DNA of 64,000 nucleotides, taken from NCBI RefSeq assembly GCF_963975005.1, contig NZ_CAXBFR010000001.1:9594-73593 (forward strand). The letters run 5' to 3'. Shown here piece by piece: positions 28,670-38,167 of this stretch (positions within the stretch are counted from its first letter, which is position 1; each line of letters starts with the position of its first letter). The notes under the pieces were generated by a model. The model had not been told where the DNA came from. It did not search any database and saw nothing but the letters and a program-made list of their open reading frames with translations. This DNA comes from an uncultured Flavobacterium sp. Lineage in GTDB: Bacteria; Bacteroidota; Bacteroidia; Flavobacteriales; Flavobacteriaceae. The position numbers and the translations under genes are program-made.

Positions 28670-30217
28670 TTACTTGATTGCCTTTCCTTTGTCATCAAAG
28701 AAATGATATTCAAGATACGTGTAAGCGTCACGAGGTATAATTTTCACCCATTTTTTATGTTCAAAAAACCATTTTGAACGTATTGATGGAAAACCTTTTT
28801 CAAGGTATGCTGCCACAAAAGGATGCACATGAAGTGTAACTTTTTTATGGGCTTTAATAATTTTTTCAAGGCTAAACGCAATTTTATCAATAATCAAAAT
28901 TGGAGCTTCAATTTCCCCATTTTCATTGGGATCTTCTTCTCTTGTTTTGATATTTACTTCTGGTCTAACTCTTTGTCTAGTAATTTGAATTAATCCAAAT
29001 TTGCTAGGAGGCAAGATTTTATGCTTGGCCTTATCGTCACTCATTTCTTCTTTTAAGAAATCGTATAAAACTCTGCGGTTTTCTGGATTTTGCATATCAA
29101 TGAAATCCACCACAATAATTCCACCCATGTCTCGTAATCGCAATTGTCGTGCAATCTCTGCAGCAGCAATCATGTTTACTTCTAAAGCAGTATCTTCTTG
29201 ATTACGAGCTTTGTTTGATCGATTTCCACTATTCACATCCACTACGTGTAATGCTTCTGTGTGTTCGATAATCAAATAAGCTCCTTTACTCATCGAAACT
29301 GTTTTTCCAAAGGAAGTTTTAATTTGTCTTTCCACGTTATATTTCTCAAATAAAGGTAAGTCTTTCGACTGATAGTGTTTTACGATAGACACTCTGTCTG
29401 GAGCTATTTCTTGCAAATAGTCCTTGGTTTGCAAATACAATTCTTCATCATCAATATGAATACTAGTAAAAGTATCATTAAATACATCTCTCAAGATGGA
29501 GGAAGCTTTATTAACTTCTCCTAAAACTTTTGATGGATGATGAGCAGTTTGCAGCTTCTTACACATACTAGACCATTTGTCTAATAGGTTTTGAAGATCT
29601 TTGTTTAGTTCAGCTACTTTTTTGCCTTCGGCTACTGTTCTTACAATAACACCGAATCCTTTTGGTTTAATAGATTGAACCAATCGTTTTAATCGTTCTT
29701 TTTCTTCTTTTGATTCAATTTTTTGAGAAATTGAAACTCTATCCGAAAACGGAACTAAAACAACAAATCTACCAGCTAACGAAATTTCTGAAGAAATACG
29801 GGGGCCTTTTGTAGATATTGGTTCTTTAACTATTTGAACAAGAAGTGATTGATTGGCACTGATAATATCAGCTATACTACCATCTTTATCAATTTCTTTT
29901 TCAAAAGGAAAATTTTTGAGTGAATAATCTTTTATTTTACCTGCGCTTACAAGTTTTATAAACTTCATCATTGAAGGAAGATTTGGACCTAAATCATGAT
30001 AATGCAAAAAAGCATCTTTTTCATAACCTACGTTTACAAAAGCAGCGTTTAAACCGGCTACTGGCTTTCTTATTTTTGAAATAAAAATATCGCCAACAGC
30101 AAAATTACTACCACTACTGTTTTCTTCTTCTTTGTGAAGTTCAATTAGTTTTCCATCTTTTAATAAGGCAAAATCTACAGCGTCTGAACTTGATCTAATA
30201 ATTAATTCTTTGTTCAA
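28670..30217 (-). CDS. rng: ribonuclease G/E family endoribonuclease
   Basis: 515 aa with an S1-like N-terminus and the RNase E/G catalytic core (ALHVVDVNSG, GGIIVVDFIDM). Deduced start codon is TTG. Confidence 0.9.
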   Translation of the reverse strand: MNKELIIRSSSDAVDFALLKDGKLIELHKEEENSSGSNFAVGDIFISKIRKPVAGLNAAFVNVGYEKDAFLHYHDLGPNLPSMMKFIKLVSAGKIKDYSLKNFPFEKEIDKDGSIADIISANQSLLVQIVKEPISTKGPRISSEISLAGRFVVLVPFSDRVSISQKIESKEEKERLKRLVQSIKPKGFGVIVRTVAEGKKVAELNKDLQNLLDKWSSMCKKLQTAHHPSKVLGEVNKASSILRDVFNDTFTSIHIDDEELYLQTKDYLQEIAPDRVSIVKHYQSKDLPLFEKYNVERQIKTSFGKTVSMSKGAYLIIEHTEALHVVDVNSGNRSNKARNQEDTALEVNMIAAAEIARQLRLRDMGGIIVVDFIDMQNPENRRVLYDFLKEEMSDDKAKHKILPPSKFGLIQITRQRVRPEVNIKTREEDPNENGEIEAPILIIDKIAFSLEKIIKAHKKVTLHVHPFVAAYLEKGFPSIRSKWFFEHKKWVKIIPRDAYTYLEYHFFDDKGKAIK

Positions 30218-30246
30218 AAGAGTACATTTTTATCCATACTTTATAA

Positions 30247-30309
30247 AGTTAGAAATTAGAAGTTAGAAGTTAGAAATATTCTAAATTCTGAATTCTAAAT
30301 TCTGAATTC
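30247..30309. repeat. nine consecutive heptad units upstream of rng (AGTTAGA-type x4, then TGAATTC/TAAATTC-type x5)
   Basis: AGTTAGA AATTAGA AGTTAGA AGTTAGA AATATTC TAAATTC TGAATTC TAAATTC TGAATTC. Confidence 0.9.
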
Positions 30310-30429
30310 CATTAGTACAGATGGATTAAACAATAATTTTTACAGGATTTTTACCCGATAACCAATCCTTACAATTGGTTTTTTTCAAAGAACATCTTTT
30401 TTTTCTAAAAAAGAAAAAGTAGTTAAATA

Positions 30430-30522
30430 CTACTTTTTCTTCTTGTGACGGTTAGCTCTCGCTCTTTTTTTACGTTTGTGCGTTGCTACCTTATGTCTTT
30501 TTCTTTTTTTACCGCTTGGCAT
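30430..30522 (-). CDS. 30-aa Lys/Arg-rich protein, candidate bS22-type (AURKAIP1/COX24-like) small ribosomal protein; not in the supplied ORF track
   Basis: My translation of the minus strand gives MPSGKKRKRHKVATHKRKKRARANRHKKKK*. ATG start, 28 nt downstream of the hup stop. Confidence 0.55.
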   Translation of the reverse strand: MPSGKKRKRHKVATHKRKKRARANRHKKKK

Positions 30523-30550
30523 AATGTCGTTAGTTTAGATTAATAAATAA

Positions 30551-30844
30551 TTATACTGCTATTTCTGTTTTTGTTTTAACTCCTTCTACAAACACCTTAG
30601 CTGGTTTAAAAGCTGGAATGTTGTGTGCTGGAATCTTTATTGTTGTGTTTTTAGAAATGTTTCTTCCCGTTTTTTCAGCTCTAGTTTTGATGATAAAACT
30701 TCCGAAACCTCTTAAATAAACATTGTCTCCTGATTCTAAAGAATCTTTTACTTCTTCCATAAATGTCTCTACAGTAGCTTGAACATCTCCTTTTTCAAGT
30801 CCTAATCTGTCAGAAATTTTTGCTACGATATCTGCTTTCGTCAT
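30551..30844 (-). CDS. HU/IHF family DNA-binding protein
   Basis: 97 aa with the pattern VYLRGFGSF..R..R.GRN..T...I.IP....P.FKP. Confidence 0.9.
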   Translation of the reverse strand: MTKADIVAKISDRLGLEKGDVQATVETFMEEVKDSLESGDNVYLRGFGSFIIKTRAEKTGRNISKNTTIKIPAHNIPAFKPAKVFVEGVKTKTEIAV

Positions 30845-30950
30845 TTTTCTTGCGTATTAATTTTATTCTAATTTTTTTGAGAGTGCAAATATAGGAATTA
30901 AAAAAACAATATTTCAAGCATAATCAATTATATTTTAATATAATAAAAGT

Positions 30951-30958
30951 TAATTTTG
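30951..30958 (+). promoter_or_regulatory. -7 box TAATTTTG upstream of mutY
   Basis: TAnnTTTG, 18 nt before the ATG at 30976. Confidence 0.55.
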
Positions 30959-30975
30959 CGCCAACAACAAATTTT

Positions 30976-32007
30976 ATGTCTTTTTCTAACTCTTTAATTT
31001 ATTGGTATTTACAAAACAAAAGGGATTTACCTTGGCGAAATACTACCGATTCCTATACTATTTGGCTTTCAGAAATAATTCTTCAGCAAACTAGAGTAGC
31101 ACAAGGAACGCCTTATTTTGAGACTTTTATCTCTCATTTTCCTACTGTTTTTGATTTAGCTAAAGCCAATGAAGAACAAGTATTAAAACTTTGGCAAGGA
31201 TTAGGGTATTATTCTCGAGCAAGAAATCTTCATGCTACAGCAAAATATGTAGTTGTTGAATTAAATGGAGTTTTTCCAACATCATATAAAGAATTAATTA
31301 AATTAAAAGGAATTGGTGAATATACAGCAGCTGCAATTGCTTCTTTTTCTGTAAATGAAAATGTAGCAGTTTTAGATGGAAATGTTTATAGGGTTTTGGC
31401 AAGGTATTTTAATGTTCACAATGATATTTCTGTGTCATCAACCAAAAAAGTGTTTCAGGAATTGGCTAAAGAAGTACTTCCTAAAAAAGACGCACATATA
31501 TACAACCAGGCCATTATGGAATTTGGTGCTTTGCAATGTGTGCCCAAAAGTCCAAATTGTTCTGACTGTGCTTTGTCTGATAGTTGTGCTGCTCTTCAAA
31601 ATAAAACCGTAAACATTTTACCCATTAAATCTAAAAAAACAAAAGTGACAAATCGTTACTTTAATTATATAGTTTTTGAAGATTTGAATCGTAATACTGT
31701 AATTAATCAACGTTTAGGTAAAGGTATCTGGCAAAATTTATATGAATTTCCAGTAATTGAACTAGATTCAATAATTCATGAAGATGAAATATTTAACTTA
31801 ATAAGTGATAAATATTCTGACATTACAAGCATTACATTTCTACCAGCTTTTGATGTTATTCATAAATTATCACATCAAACTTTATATATTCAATTTGTTA
31901 AAGTTCAGTTGTCTAACCAATTAGAAAATTTTATTTCAATGCAGGATTTAAAAAAACTTCCTTTTCCTATAGTTATTCATAATTTTATAGAAAGATATTT
32001 CAGCTAA
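30976..32007 (+). CDS. mutY: A/G-specific adenine DNA glycosylase
   Basis: HhH-GPD region (LKGIGEYTAAAIASF), 4Fe-4S cysteine cluster (CVPKSPNCSDCALSDSC) and a C-terminal NUDIX-like domain. Confidence 0.9.
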   Translation: MSFSNSLIYWYLQNKRDLPWRNTTDSYTIWLSEIILQQTRVAQGTPYFETFISHFPTVFDLAKANEEQVLKLWQGLGYYSRARNLHATAKYVVVELNGVFPTSYKELIKLKGIGEYTAAAIASFSVNENVAVLDGNVYRVLARYFNVHNDISVSSTKKVFQELAKEVLPKKDAHIYNQAIMEFGALQCVPKSPNCSDCALSDSCAALQNKTVNILPIKSKKTKVTNRYFNYIVFEDLNRNTVINQRLGKGIWQNLYEFPVIELDSIIHEDEIFNLISDKYSDITSITFLPAFDVIHKLSHQTLYIQFVKVQLSNQLENFISMQDLKKLPFPIVIHNFIERYFS

Positions 32008-32020
32008 TTAAAATATTTAG

Positions 32021-32028
32021 TACATTTG
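32021..32028 (+). promoter_or_regulatory. -7 box TACATTTG upstream of ssb
   Basis: TAnnTTTG, 22 nt before the ATG at 32050. Confidence 0.55.
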
Positions 32029-32049
32029 ATATAATTAAAATTATAAGCC

Positions 32050-32502
32050 ATGAGCGGAACGTTGAACAAAGTTATGTTAATAGGTCACTTGGGTGATGAA
32101 GTAAAAATGCACTATTTTGATGGGGGAAATTGTATAGGAAGATTTCCTTTAGCCACAAATGAGATTTATATCAATAAAAGCACTGGTGAAAAAATCACTT
32201 CTACTGAATGGCATAATTTAGTAGTTCGCAATAAAGCCGCTGAAATTTGCGAAAAATACTTATCAAAAGGAGATAAAATTTATGTTGAAGGAAGAATAAA
32301 ATCAAGAAATTGGCAAGCTGAAGACGGTTCAACTAAATATACTACAGAAATTCAAGTAACAGAATTTACTTTTTTGTCAACCAAGAAAGATTCGGATGTT
32401 AACAAACAAAATATCCCTTCAAATGAAAATGATAGCACAAAAAAGACTAATTTTGACGCACAAAATGAAGCGCCAAATCAAAAAGACGATTTACCTTTTT
32501 AA
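32050..32502 (+). CDS. ssb: single-stranded DNA-binding protein
   Basis: OB-fold N-terminus (LNKVMLIGHLGDEVK..TEWHNLV), disordered tail ending in DDLPF. Confidence 0.95.
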   Translation: MSGTLNKVMLIGHLGDEVKMHYFDGGNCIGRFPLATNEIYINKSTGEKITSTEWHNLVVRNKAAEICEKYLSKGDKIYVEGRIKSRNWQAEDGSTKYTTEIQVTEFTFLSTKKDSDVNKQNIPSNENDSTKKTNFDAQNEAPNQKDDLPF

Positions 32503-32524
32503 TGTTTAACCAATACCTACGAAT

Positions 32525-33817
32525 TTGGACTCAGATCCTTCCAGTTTTATAAATACAATAGATTTTAGTTTAGTTTTTGGGCTAGTTGGAGTAGCCTTTT
32601 TATTGTTGTGTTCTGCTTTTATATCCGGTTCAGAAGTAGCTTTGTTTTCTCTGGATCAAAAAAATCTAGATGATCTAGAAGCAAATGATAGTCACAAAGG
32701 GAAATTAATTTCTGATCTTTTAGGTAGGCCCAAAAAATTATTAGCCACTATTTTAATAGCTAATAACTTTATAAATATTGGAGTTGTAATTTTGTTTACT
32801 TCCATAAATGAAAAATTATTTAGCGCTATTACTTCTTCAACGCTACAGTTTTTAGTTGAAGTAATTCTTTTGACTTTTTTAATATTGCTTTTTGGGGAAG
32901 TTTTGCCTAAAATATATGCCAGTAGAAATAACGTGAGTTTTTCTAAAACAGTTTGTATTCCTATTGCTTTTTTAAATAAAGTTTTGAGTCCTATTAGTGT
33001 TCCAATGCGAAATATTACGGTCTTTATAGAGAAAAAATTTAGTGTCCAAAAAACAAATTTTTCGGTTGACCAATTATCACAAGCTTTAGAGTTAACAGAT
33101 CAAAAAGAGACAACTTCAGACGAGCAAAAAATTTTAGAAGGTATTGTGACTTTCGGAAACACAGATGTTAAACAAGTAATGAGTCCTAGAATTGATATTT
33201 TTGCTATTGAATTTTCTGAAAGTTTTACAGAAATAATGTCAAAAATCATTGAAAAAGGATATTCTCGAATTCCAGTTTACAAAGAAGGAATAGATCATAT
33301 CGAAGGAGTTTTGTTTATTAAAGATTTAATTCCATACATTGATTATAAAGATTACGAATGGCAAACTTTATTAAGAGAACCATTTTTTGTTCCTGAAAAT
33401 AAAAAGTTAGACAATCTTTTGAAAGAATTCCAAGGCATGAAAAACCACCTAGCTATTGTCGTTGATGAATATGGTGGAACTTCTGGATTGGTTTCTTTGG
33501 AAGATATTCTAGAAGAAATTGTAGGTGACATTAGCGATGAATTTGACGATATAGATATAAGTTACACGAAAATAGACGATAAAAATTATCTCTTTGATGG
33601 AAAGGTAAGTTTAAAAGATTTTTATAGAGTTGTTGATGTCAATGAAGAAAAGTTTGAAAATGCAAAAGGAGAAGCAGAAACTTTAGCGGGTTTCATATTA
33701 GAAATATCTGGAAATTTTCCAAGAAAAAATGCCAAATTAGTATTTGATACTTGTAAATTTAGCATAGAAAATGTAGACAAACGAAGAATAAAACAAGTAA
33801 AAGTTACGTTACCATAA
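32525..33817 (+). CDS. gldE: gliding motility-associated protein GldE (CNNM/CorC-HlyC family, CBS pair)
   Basis: DUF21 TM domain, CBS pair and a CorC_HlyC C-terminus. Position mutY-ssb-gldE-gldD matches the Flavobacterium johnsoniae locus as I recall it. TTG start in the track. Confidence 0.8.
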   Translation: MDSDPSSFINTIDFSLVFGLVGVAFLLLCSAFISGSEVALFSLDQKNLDDLEANDSHKGKLISDLLGRPKKLLATILIANNFINIGVVILFTSINEKLFSAITSSTLQFLVEVILLTFLILLFGEVLPKIYASRNNVSFSKTVCIPIAFLNKVLSPISVPMRNITVFIEKKFSVQKTNFSVDQLSQALELTDQKETTSDEQKILEGIVTFGNTDVKQVMSPRIDIFAIEFSESFTEIMSKIIEKGYSRIPVYKEGIDHIEGVLFIKDLIPYIDYKDYEWQTLLREPFFVPENKKLDNLLKEFQGMKNHLAIVVDEYGGTSGLVSLEDILEEIVGDISDEFDDIDISYTKIDDKNYLFDGKVSLKDFYRVVDVNEEKFENAKGEAETLAGFILEISGNFPRKNAKLVFDTCKFSIENVDKRRIKQVKVTLP

Positions 33818-33830
33818 CAAACTGATTATA

Positions 33831-34388
33831 ATGAATAAATTTTTTGCTTTTGTTGGATTAGCTATTTGTTTGCAATCATGTAATGAAGACGCCATTCCTA
33901 GGCCAACAAGTCAATTGCGTTTAGATTATCCTACACCTACATATATTTCAAAAGAATCAAAATATCCATTTTCTTTAGATATTAATGATTTTTCTACGAT
34001 TCTTTCAAAAGATAATGGAGCAATAGAAGTGCATTATCCAAAAATGAAAGCAACGGTTTATTTAAGTTATAAAACAGTGAATAATGATTTGGAAAAATTA
34101 TTAACTGATGCTCAAAAGCTGACATACAAATTACATGTTATGAAAGCTGACGAAATCACTGAACAGCCTTTTGTAAATCCGGATAAGAAAGTATATGGTA
34201 TGTTTTACACTGTTGGAGGTGATGCTGCATCGAATGCATTATTTTACGCTACTGACAGTACTAAAAATTTCGTTACAGGAAGTGTTTATTTTTATACTAA
34301 ACCTAATTACGATTCTATTTTACCGGCATCAAGTTATATAACAAACGACATGAAAAAGATGTTGGAATCTATTAAGTGGAAGGAGTAG
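33831..34388 (+). CDS. gldD: gliding motility lipoprotein GldD
   Basis: 185-aa lipoprotein (lipobox LQSC) immediately downstream of gldE. Confidence 0.75.
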   Translation: MNKFFAFVGLAICLQSCNEDAIPRPTSQLRLDYPTPTYISKESKYPFSLDINDFSTILSKDNGAIEVHYPKMKATVYLSYKTVNNDLEKLLTDAQKLTYKLHVMKADEITEQPFVNPDKKVYGMFYTVGGDAASNALFYATDSTKNFVTGSVYFYTKPNYDSILPASSYITNDMKKMLESIKWKE

Positions 34389-34393
34389 TTTTT

Positions 34394-34428
34394 AGTGCTC
34401 AGTGGTCAGTTTTTAGTTGGCAGTTTTA
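34394..34428. repeat. degenerate AGT-anchored heptad repeat between gldD and the OMP gene
   Basis: AGTGCTC AGTGGTC AGTTTTT AGTTGGC AGTTTTA. Confidence 0.7.
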
Positions 34429-34470
34429 TAAATTAGAAATATGTGTTTTTATCATATTATCAACCATAAA

Positions 34471-37152
34471 CTACAACTTATAACTAATAGTCAACATAAA
34501 AATTCTTGGTAAAATAAAAGTAGTGTTATTTGAAATTAAAAAATCTGAAAAAGAATTAGTAATAATTTTTCCATTATTCAAATAATTTTGTGCTTTTAGT
34601 TCAAAAGTAAATGGATTATCTTTTTTGTGATATAAAAGTGATGCATTTGCGACGTTAAACTTAGAATTTTGATTGTTACTGTTATTGTTAAAGGTAATTT
34701 CATAATCAGTTTTAAATGTGAAACTTTTTAAGAAATCAACATCAAAATCAAAATTGAAAGAATCTGTTTCAAAAGACGATTTTGTTAAACCACTAAACTG
34801 ACTAAAACCTTTATCATAACCAACACTTATACTTGGCCAACTTTTAGAAGCAGTTCTTATGTTTATTCCAACATTTTGATTGTTTCTGTTATTAGAAGTA
34901 AAAATTCCATTTAGATTTTGAAAATAATTAAACCAACTTAAATTTGAATTAAGTCTAGCTTTAAAACGGTAAATTTTCTTTTCCACAGAACCATTAACTC
35001 GCCAAGAAGTTTCTGGATTATCAGTTAAAATCGGTGTTGTAAATTGATTGATTCCATCTAATTCAATAGCATTTCTTGTGGTTTTTGTTTTCTTAGTATA
35101 ATTGATGTTTCCAAAAATCATAATTCCTCTATACATACTCATTTTATTGTACCTCAAACTTGCACTATGAAAACGTTCATTATTCAATAAAGCATTTCCT
35201 TTAAAAACCGAATTATAACCTTGTAAAGTATAACGTTCTACTAATTGAGAGGCTTCAGGAAAATCATTAGTTAATTTATAATTAAATTTTAAAGATTCTG
35301 AACTATTGAATTCATATTCACTATTCCATTGAGGTTCAAATAAGTTTTTATTGATGACATAATCATCTGTAATCTGTTTGGTTTTTAAATGATACGAATG
35401 CAAGTATAAACCGGGTTTATTAATCCATTTTCCTATTTTGAACTTGTATTCAAATCCTGCATAAATATCATTTAAAGTATAATTCAAATCATTACCAAAA
35501 CCATTTAAAGCAAAATCGTTTATGGAACCATTTGTAAGGAATTGTTTTTCTGAAATTTGCAAAGATGAATTTTCAATATTAGCTCCAACATTGGTGTAAA
35601 TATGATTGAAATTATTAAGAATCCAATAATGTTTTAGCAAAGCATCAACAGCATTGTTTTTTATGTTCTTAATTTGATTGATGTTGTAAAATGTATCGTT
35701 CTGTAATGGAATTAGTCCTGTTAAGAATTCAGCATCTGTTAGCCAAGTATTTTGTGGTTTGCTGTTTTCGTAAGTATGATTAACCACAAAAGTTGTAGTA
35801 TGATTTATGTTTTTGTATTGTTTGTGCCATTCGATATATTGTTTTAAACTCGAATTATCGGCTTTGTTTATGGTTTCAAAAGTTGAACTTGTATTATCTC
35901 TTACTGAATTGATGAAGCTATTGTTGTTATTATTATTGGCTTGAAATTGTACGTTATAATAGACTTTTTGCGATTTATTTGGTGTGTAGTTTAGTTTTAC
36001 ATTTCCAATGCCTAAAAGCGTTTTATTTTCACCATTTGATGTTTTATTTTCTAATGTAAAACTGCTGTTTTGTAAATATTCATTGTTAGTTATAGAAGAA
36101 CTTGCCGTGAATAATTTTGAAAATATGCCATAACTATCAACATCTAATTTTGAATTTATTTCTTGACGAAAATTCAAAGCTGCAAATTGCGATTTATTTT
36201 CAATAATGTTTTGGTTATCCATTGAAAAGGAATACAAATTAGTCAGTGATTTTCTTCCTGAAAGAAAACTACTTGCACCACCTTGAAAACGCATCAAATC
36301 TTGAAAAGAAAAAGTGCTTTTACCAATGTTATTAATATCACCAATAAAACTAACATTTGTTTTTGGACTGTAATAAAACAAAGCACTATGTAAAAGATGG
36401 TAGCCATTATCGTTACCAACTTCAGCTCCAGCATCTATATCACCAAAGAGAAATTTCTTTTTATCTTCTTTTAGTTTAACGTTCATGGCTAAATCTTCAC
36501 TATCTGATACTTGTTTTAGAAAACCAACTTCATTGAAATTATCAATGACCTCTATTTTATCTAAAGCATCAGCAGGAATATTTTCTACAGCTAACTTTGT
36601 GCCACCACCAAAAAAAGATTTGCCTTCCACAAGCATTTTGGTAACTTTTTTACCTTGCACAGTTACACCACCATCTTTGTCTACTTCTACGCCTGGCAAT
36701 TTTTCTAAAATTTCCTTCATTTTGCGTTCGTTACCTTTTGCAAAGGCTGAAACATCATAGATGAGAGTGTCTTTTTTTACAATAACGGGTTTATATTCAT
36801 AAGAAATAACAATTTCTTTGAGTTCTTCTCCTGTTTCTTGTAGAATGAAATTGTGTATTTTTAATTCACTGTTAGGTTCAATTATAAGTACTTGGTCTTT
36901 ATAACCTATATAGGAAACTTTAATTTCATATTTAACGCTACTCTCTAAAACCAATTTAAACCTACCTAAATGATCTGCAATAGCAAACTTTATCCCAGTA
37001 TTATCTTGCAGTGGTTTTGCTATAACATTGGCTCTTTCTAGCGGTTTGTTTAGAGAATCTGAAACGATGCCTGTTAGGGTTCTTTCTTGGGAGAAGGAGG
37101 AAAGAGATAATAGTATTAAAATGAAACAATTAATTTTGTTTTTTGTCTTCAA
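34471..37152 (-). CDS. large outer-membrane protein: CarboxypepD_reg-like N-terminal domain + TonB-dependent-receptor plug + beta-barrel
   Basis: Signal peptide, then ERTLTGIVSDSLNKPLERANV (carboxypeptidase-regulatory-like fold), a plug-like LEKLPGVEVDKDGGVTVQGKKVTKMLVEGKSFFGG..NIPADALDKIEVI, a long beta-strand region and a terminal aromatic (..ISYKL). Deduced start is TTG, overlapping the upstream GLPGLI gene by 23 nt. Confidence 0.8.
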   Translation of the reverse strand: MKTKNKINCFILILLSLSSFSQERTLTGIVSDSLNKPLERANVIAKPLQDNTGIKFAIADHLGRFKLVLESSVKYEIKVSYIGYKDQVLIIEPNSELKIHNFILQETGEELKEIVISYEYKPVIVKKDTLIYDVSAFAKGNERKMKEILEKLPGVEVDKDGGVTVQGKKVTKMLVEGKSFFGGGTKLAVENIPADALDKIEVIDNFNEVGFLKQVSDSEDLAMNVKLKEDKKKFLFGDIDAGAEVGNDNGYHLLHSALFYYSPKTNVSFIGDINNIGKSTFSFQDLMRFQGGASSFLSGRKSLTNLYSFSMDNQNIIENKSQFAALNFRQEINSKLDVDSYGIFSKLFTASSSITNNEYLQNSSFTLENKTSNGENKTLLGIGNVKLNYTPNKSQKVYYNVQFQANNNNNNSFINSVRDNTSSTFETINKADNSSLKQYIEWHKQYKNINHTTTFVVNHTYENSKPQNTWLTDAEFLTGLIPLQNDTFYNINQIKNIKNNAVDALLKHYWILNNFNHIYTNVGANIENSSLQISEKQFLTNGSINDFALNGFGNDLNYTLNDIYAGFEYKFKIGKWINKPGLYLHSYHLKTKQITDDYVINKNLFEPQWNSEYEFNSSESLKFNYKLTNDFPEASQLVERYTLQGYNSVFKGNALLNNERFHSASLRYNKMSMYRGIMIFGNINYTKKTKTTRNAIELDGINQFTTPILTDNPETSWRVNGSVEKKIYRFKARLNSNLSWFNYFQNLNGIFTSNNRNNQNVGINIRTASKSWPSISVGYDKGFSQFSGLTKSSFETDSFNFDFDVDFLKSFTFKTDYEITFNNNSNNQNSKFNVANASLLYHKKDNPFTFELKAQNYLNNGKIITNSFSDFLISNNTTFILPRIFMLTISYKL
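36915..37152 (-). repeat. copy A of the duplicated OMP 5' segment (copy B = 38428-38663)
   Basis: First 75 nt (36915-36989) are identical to 38428-38502. The remainder has scattered substitutions. Confidence 0.85.
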
Positions 37153-37864
37153 CTTTTGTTTTTTGCTTAAGTATTCTTTGTTTTAAAATATTTTCATACT
37201 CATTAAATTCAATTTTTTTTGTTGATTCAGGTATTTCAATATTATTTTTTTTAAATTCAATTTTTTTTACTCCATATGTAATGTTTTTATCTTGTAATTC
37301 TAAAATTAATCCAGGTAAACCGCAATAGCCATTTGGTCCAAAGCTGTAAGGAAGTTCAGGGCAAAACCAAGCGGTTACAATCCTTTTTACTTCTTTACCT
37401 TTTCTGTTTATACTTTTTAAAGTGTATTCTGATTTATAGCAAGTAAAACCATTTATAATTTTAGATTCATTATATATTAACCAATCATTATAATATTCTT
37501 TTATGACTAGAAACTCATTTTTTTTAAACATTCCATATTTATTTTCAGTAAAAAAAAATATTTTTTTTAAAAAGGAATTCATATAAATGGGATTTATATA
37601 ATTACACCAAGATAAAGCAATTTCTACATCTTTAGATTCATTTATTTCCATGAAATCTAATAATTCAAATTTAGATATTGAATCATTAAATTTTAAAGAA
37701 AAAACTAGATAATCAGAACCTTTTACAGCACTATTTAGTATTTTCTTTATTGAATTATTTTTAATTGTTGTGTCATTTTCAATTTTTATATGATAAAATA
37801 TTTCACCAGATTTTTGTGAAAAGGAATAAATGCTAAAGAATAATATAATTAAATGTTTTTTCAT
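37130..37864 (-). CDS. GLPGLI family protein (TIGR01200-type), secreted
   Basis: Signal peptide. Eponymous motif in CPELPYSFGPNGYCGLPGLILELQ. Confidence 0.85.
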   Translation of the reverse strand: MKKHLIILFFSIYSFSQKSGEIFYHIKIENDTTIKNNSIKKILNSAVKGSDYLVFSLKFNDSISKFELLDFMEINESKDVEIALSWCNYINPIYMNSFLKKIFFFTENKYGMFKKNEFLVIKEYYNDWLIYNESKIINGFTCYKSEYTLKSINRKGKEVKRIVTAWFCPELPYSFGPNGYCGLPGLILELQDKNITYGVKKIEFKKNNIEIPESTKKIEFNEYENILKQRILKQKTKVEDKKQN

Positions 37865-37918
37865 TTGTTTTTAAAATAATTAGGGTATCTGAATTACTAG
37901 ATACCCCTTAGTTAAAAT

Positions 37919-38167
37919 TTATCCACCATACATTTCATCTAAACAAGCTTCCCATGCATGATTTGCAACAGCATTAGCTTCTGCAAATGTTGCATCGTAG
38001 TAATCCATTAAAAAATCAACGTCATCGCTCCACTGATCGGTGCAAGGTGTTTCGCTTTCTTTTACTTTCTCCAATTGATTATTCAACTTCTCTTCACCAC
38101 CAGTACTTGCCATACCAGCAAAAGAGAACGCTACTAGTGCTACTGCACTAAACATAAATTTCTTCAT
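37919..38167 (-). CDS. small secreted, strongly acidic two-cysteine protein (82 aa), unknown family
   Basis: Sec signal MKKFMFSAVALVAFSFAGMA, conserved STGGEEKL, then a unique acidic region with 2 Cys. Preceded by a TAGTTTTG -7 box. A paralogue with the same leader lies at 39547-39822. Confidence 0.65.
   Translation of the reverse strand: MKKFMFSAVALVAFSFAGMASTGGEEKLNNQLEKVKESETPCTDQWSDDVDFLMDYYDATFAEANAVANHAWEACLDEMYGG

Noticed and set aside
30360-30386. Hairpin AACCAAT/ATTGGTT followed by T7 on the + strand, downstream of the 30-codon ORF.
   Set aside because: The U-tract is on the + strand but both flanking genes are on the minus strand, where the hairpin is not followed by a U-run. I cannot assign it confidently as a terminator.
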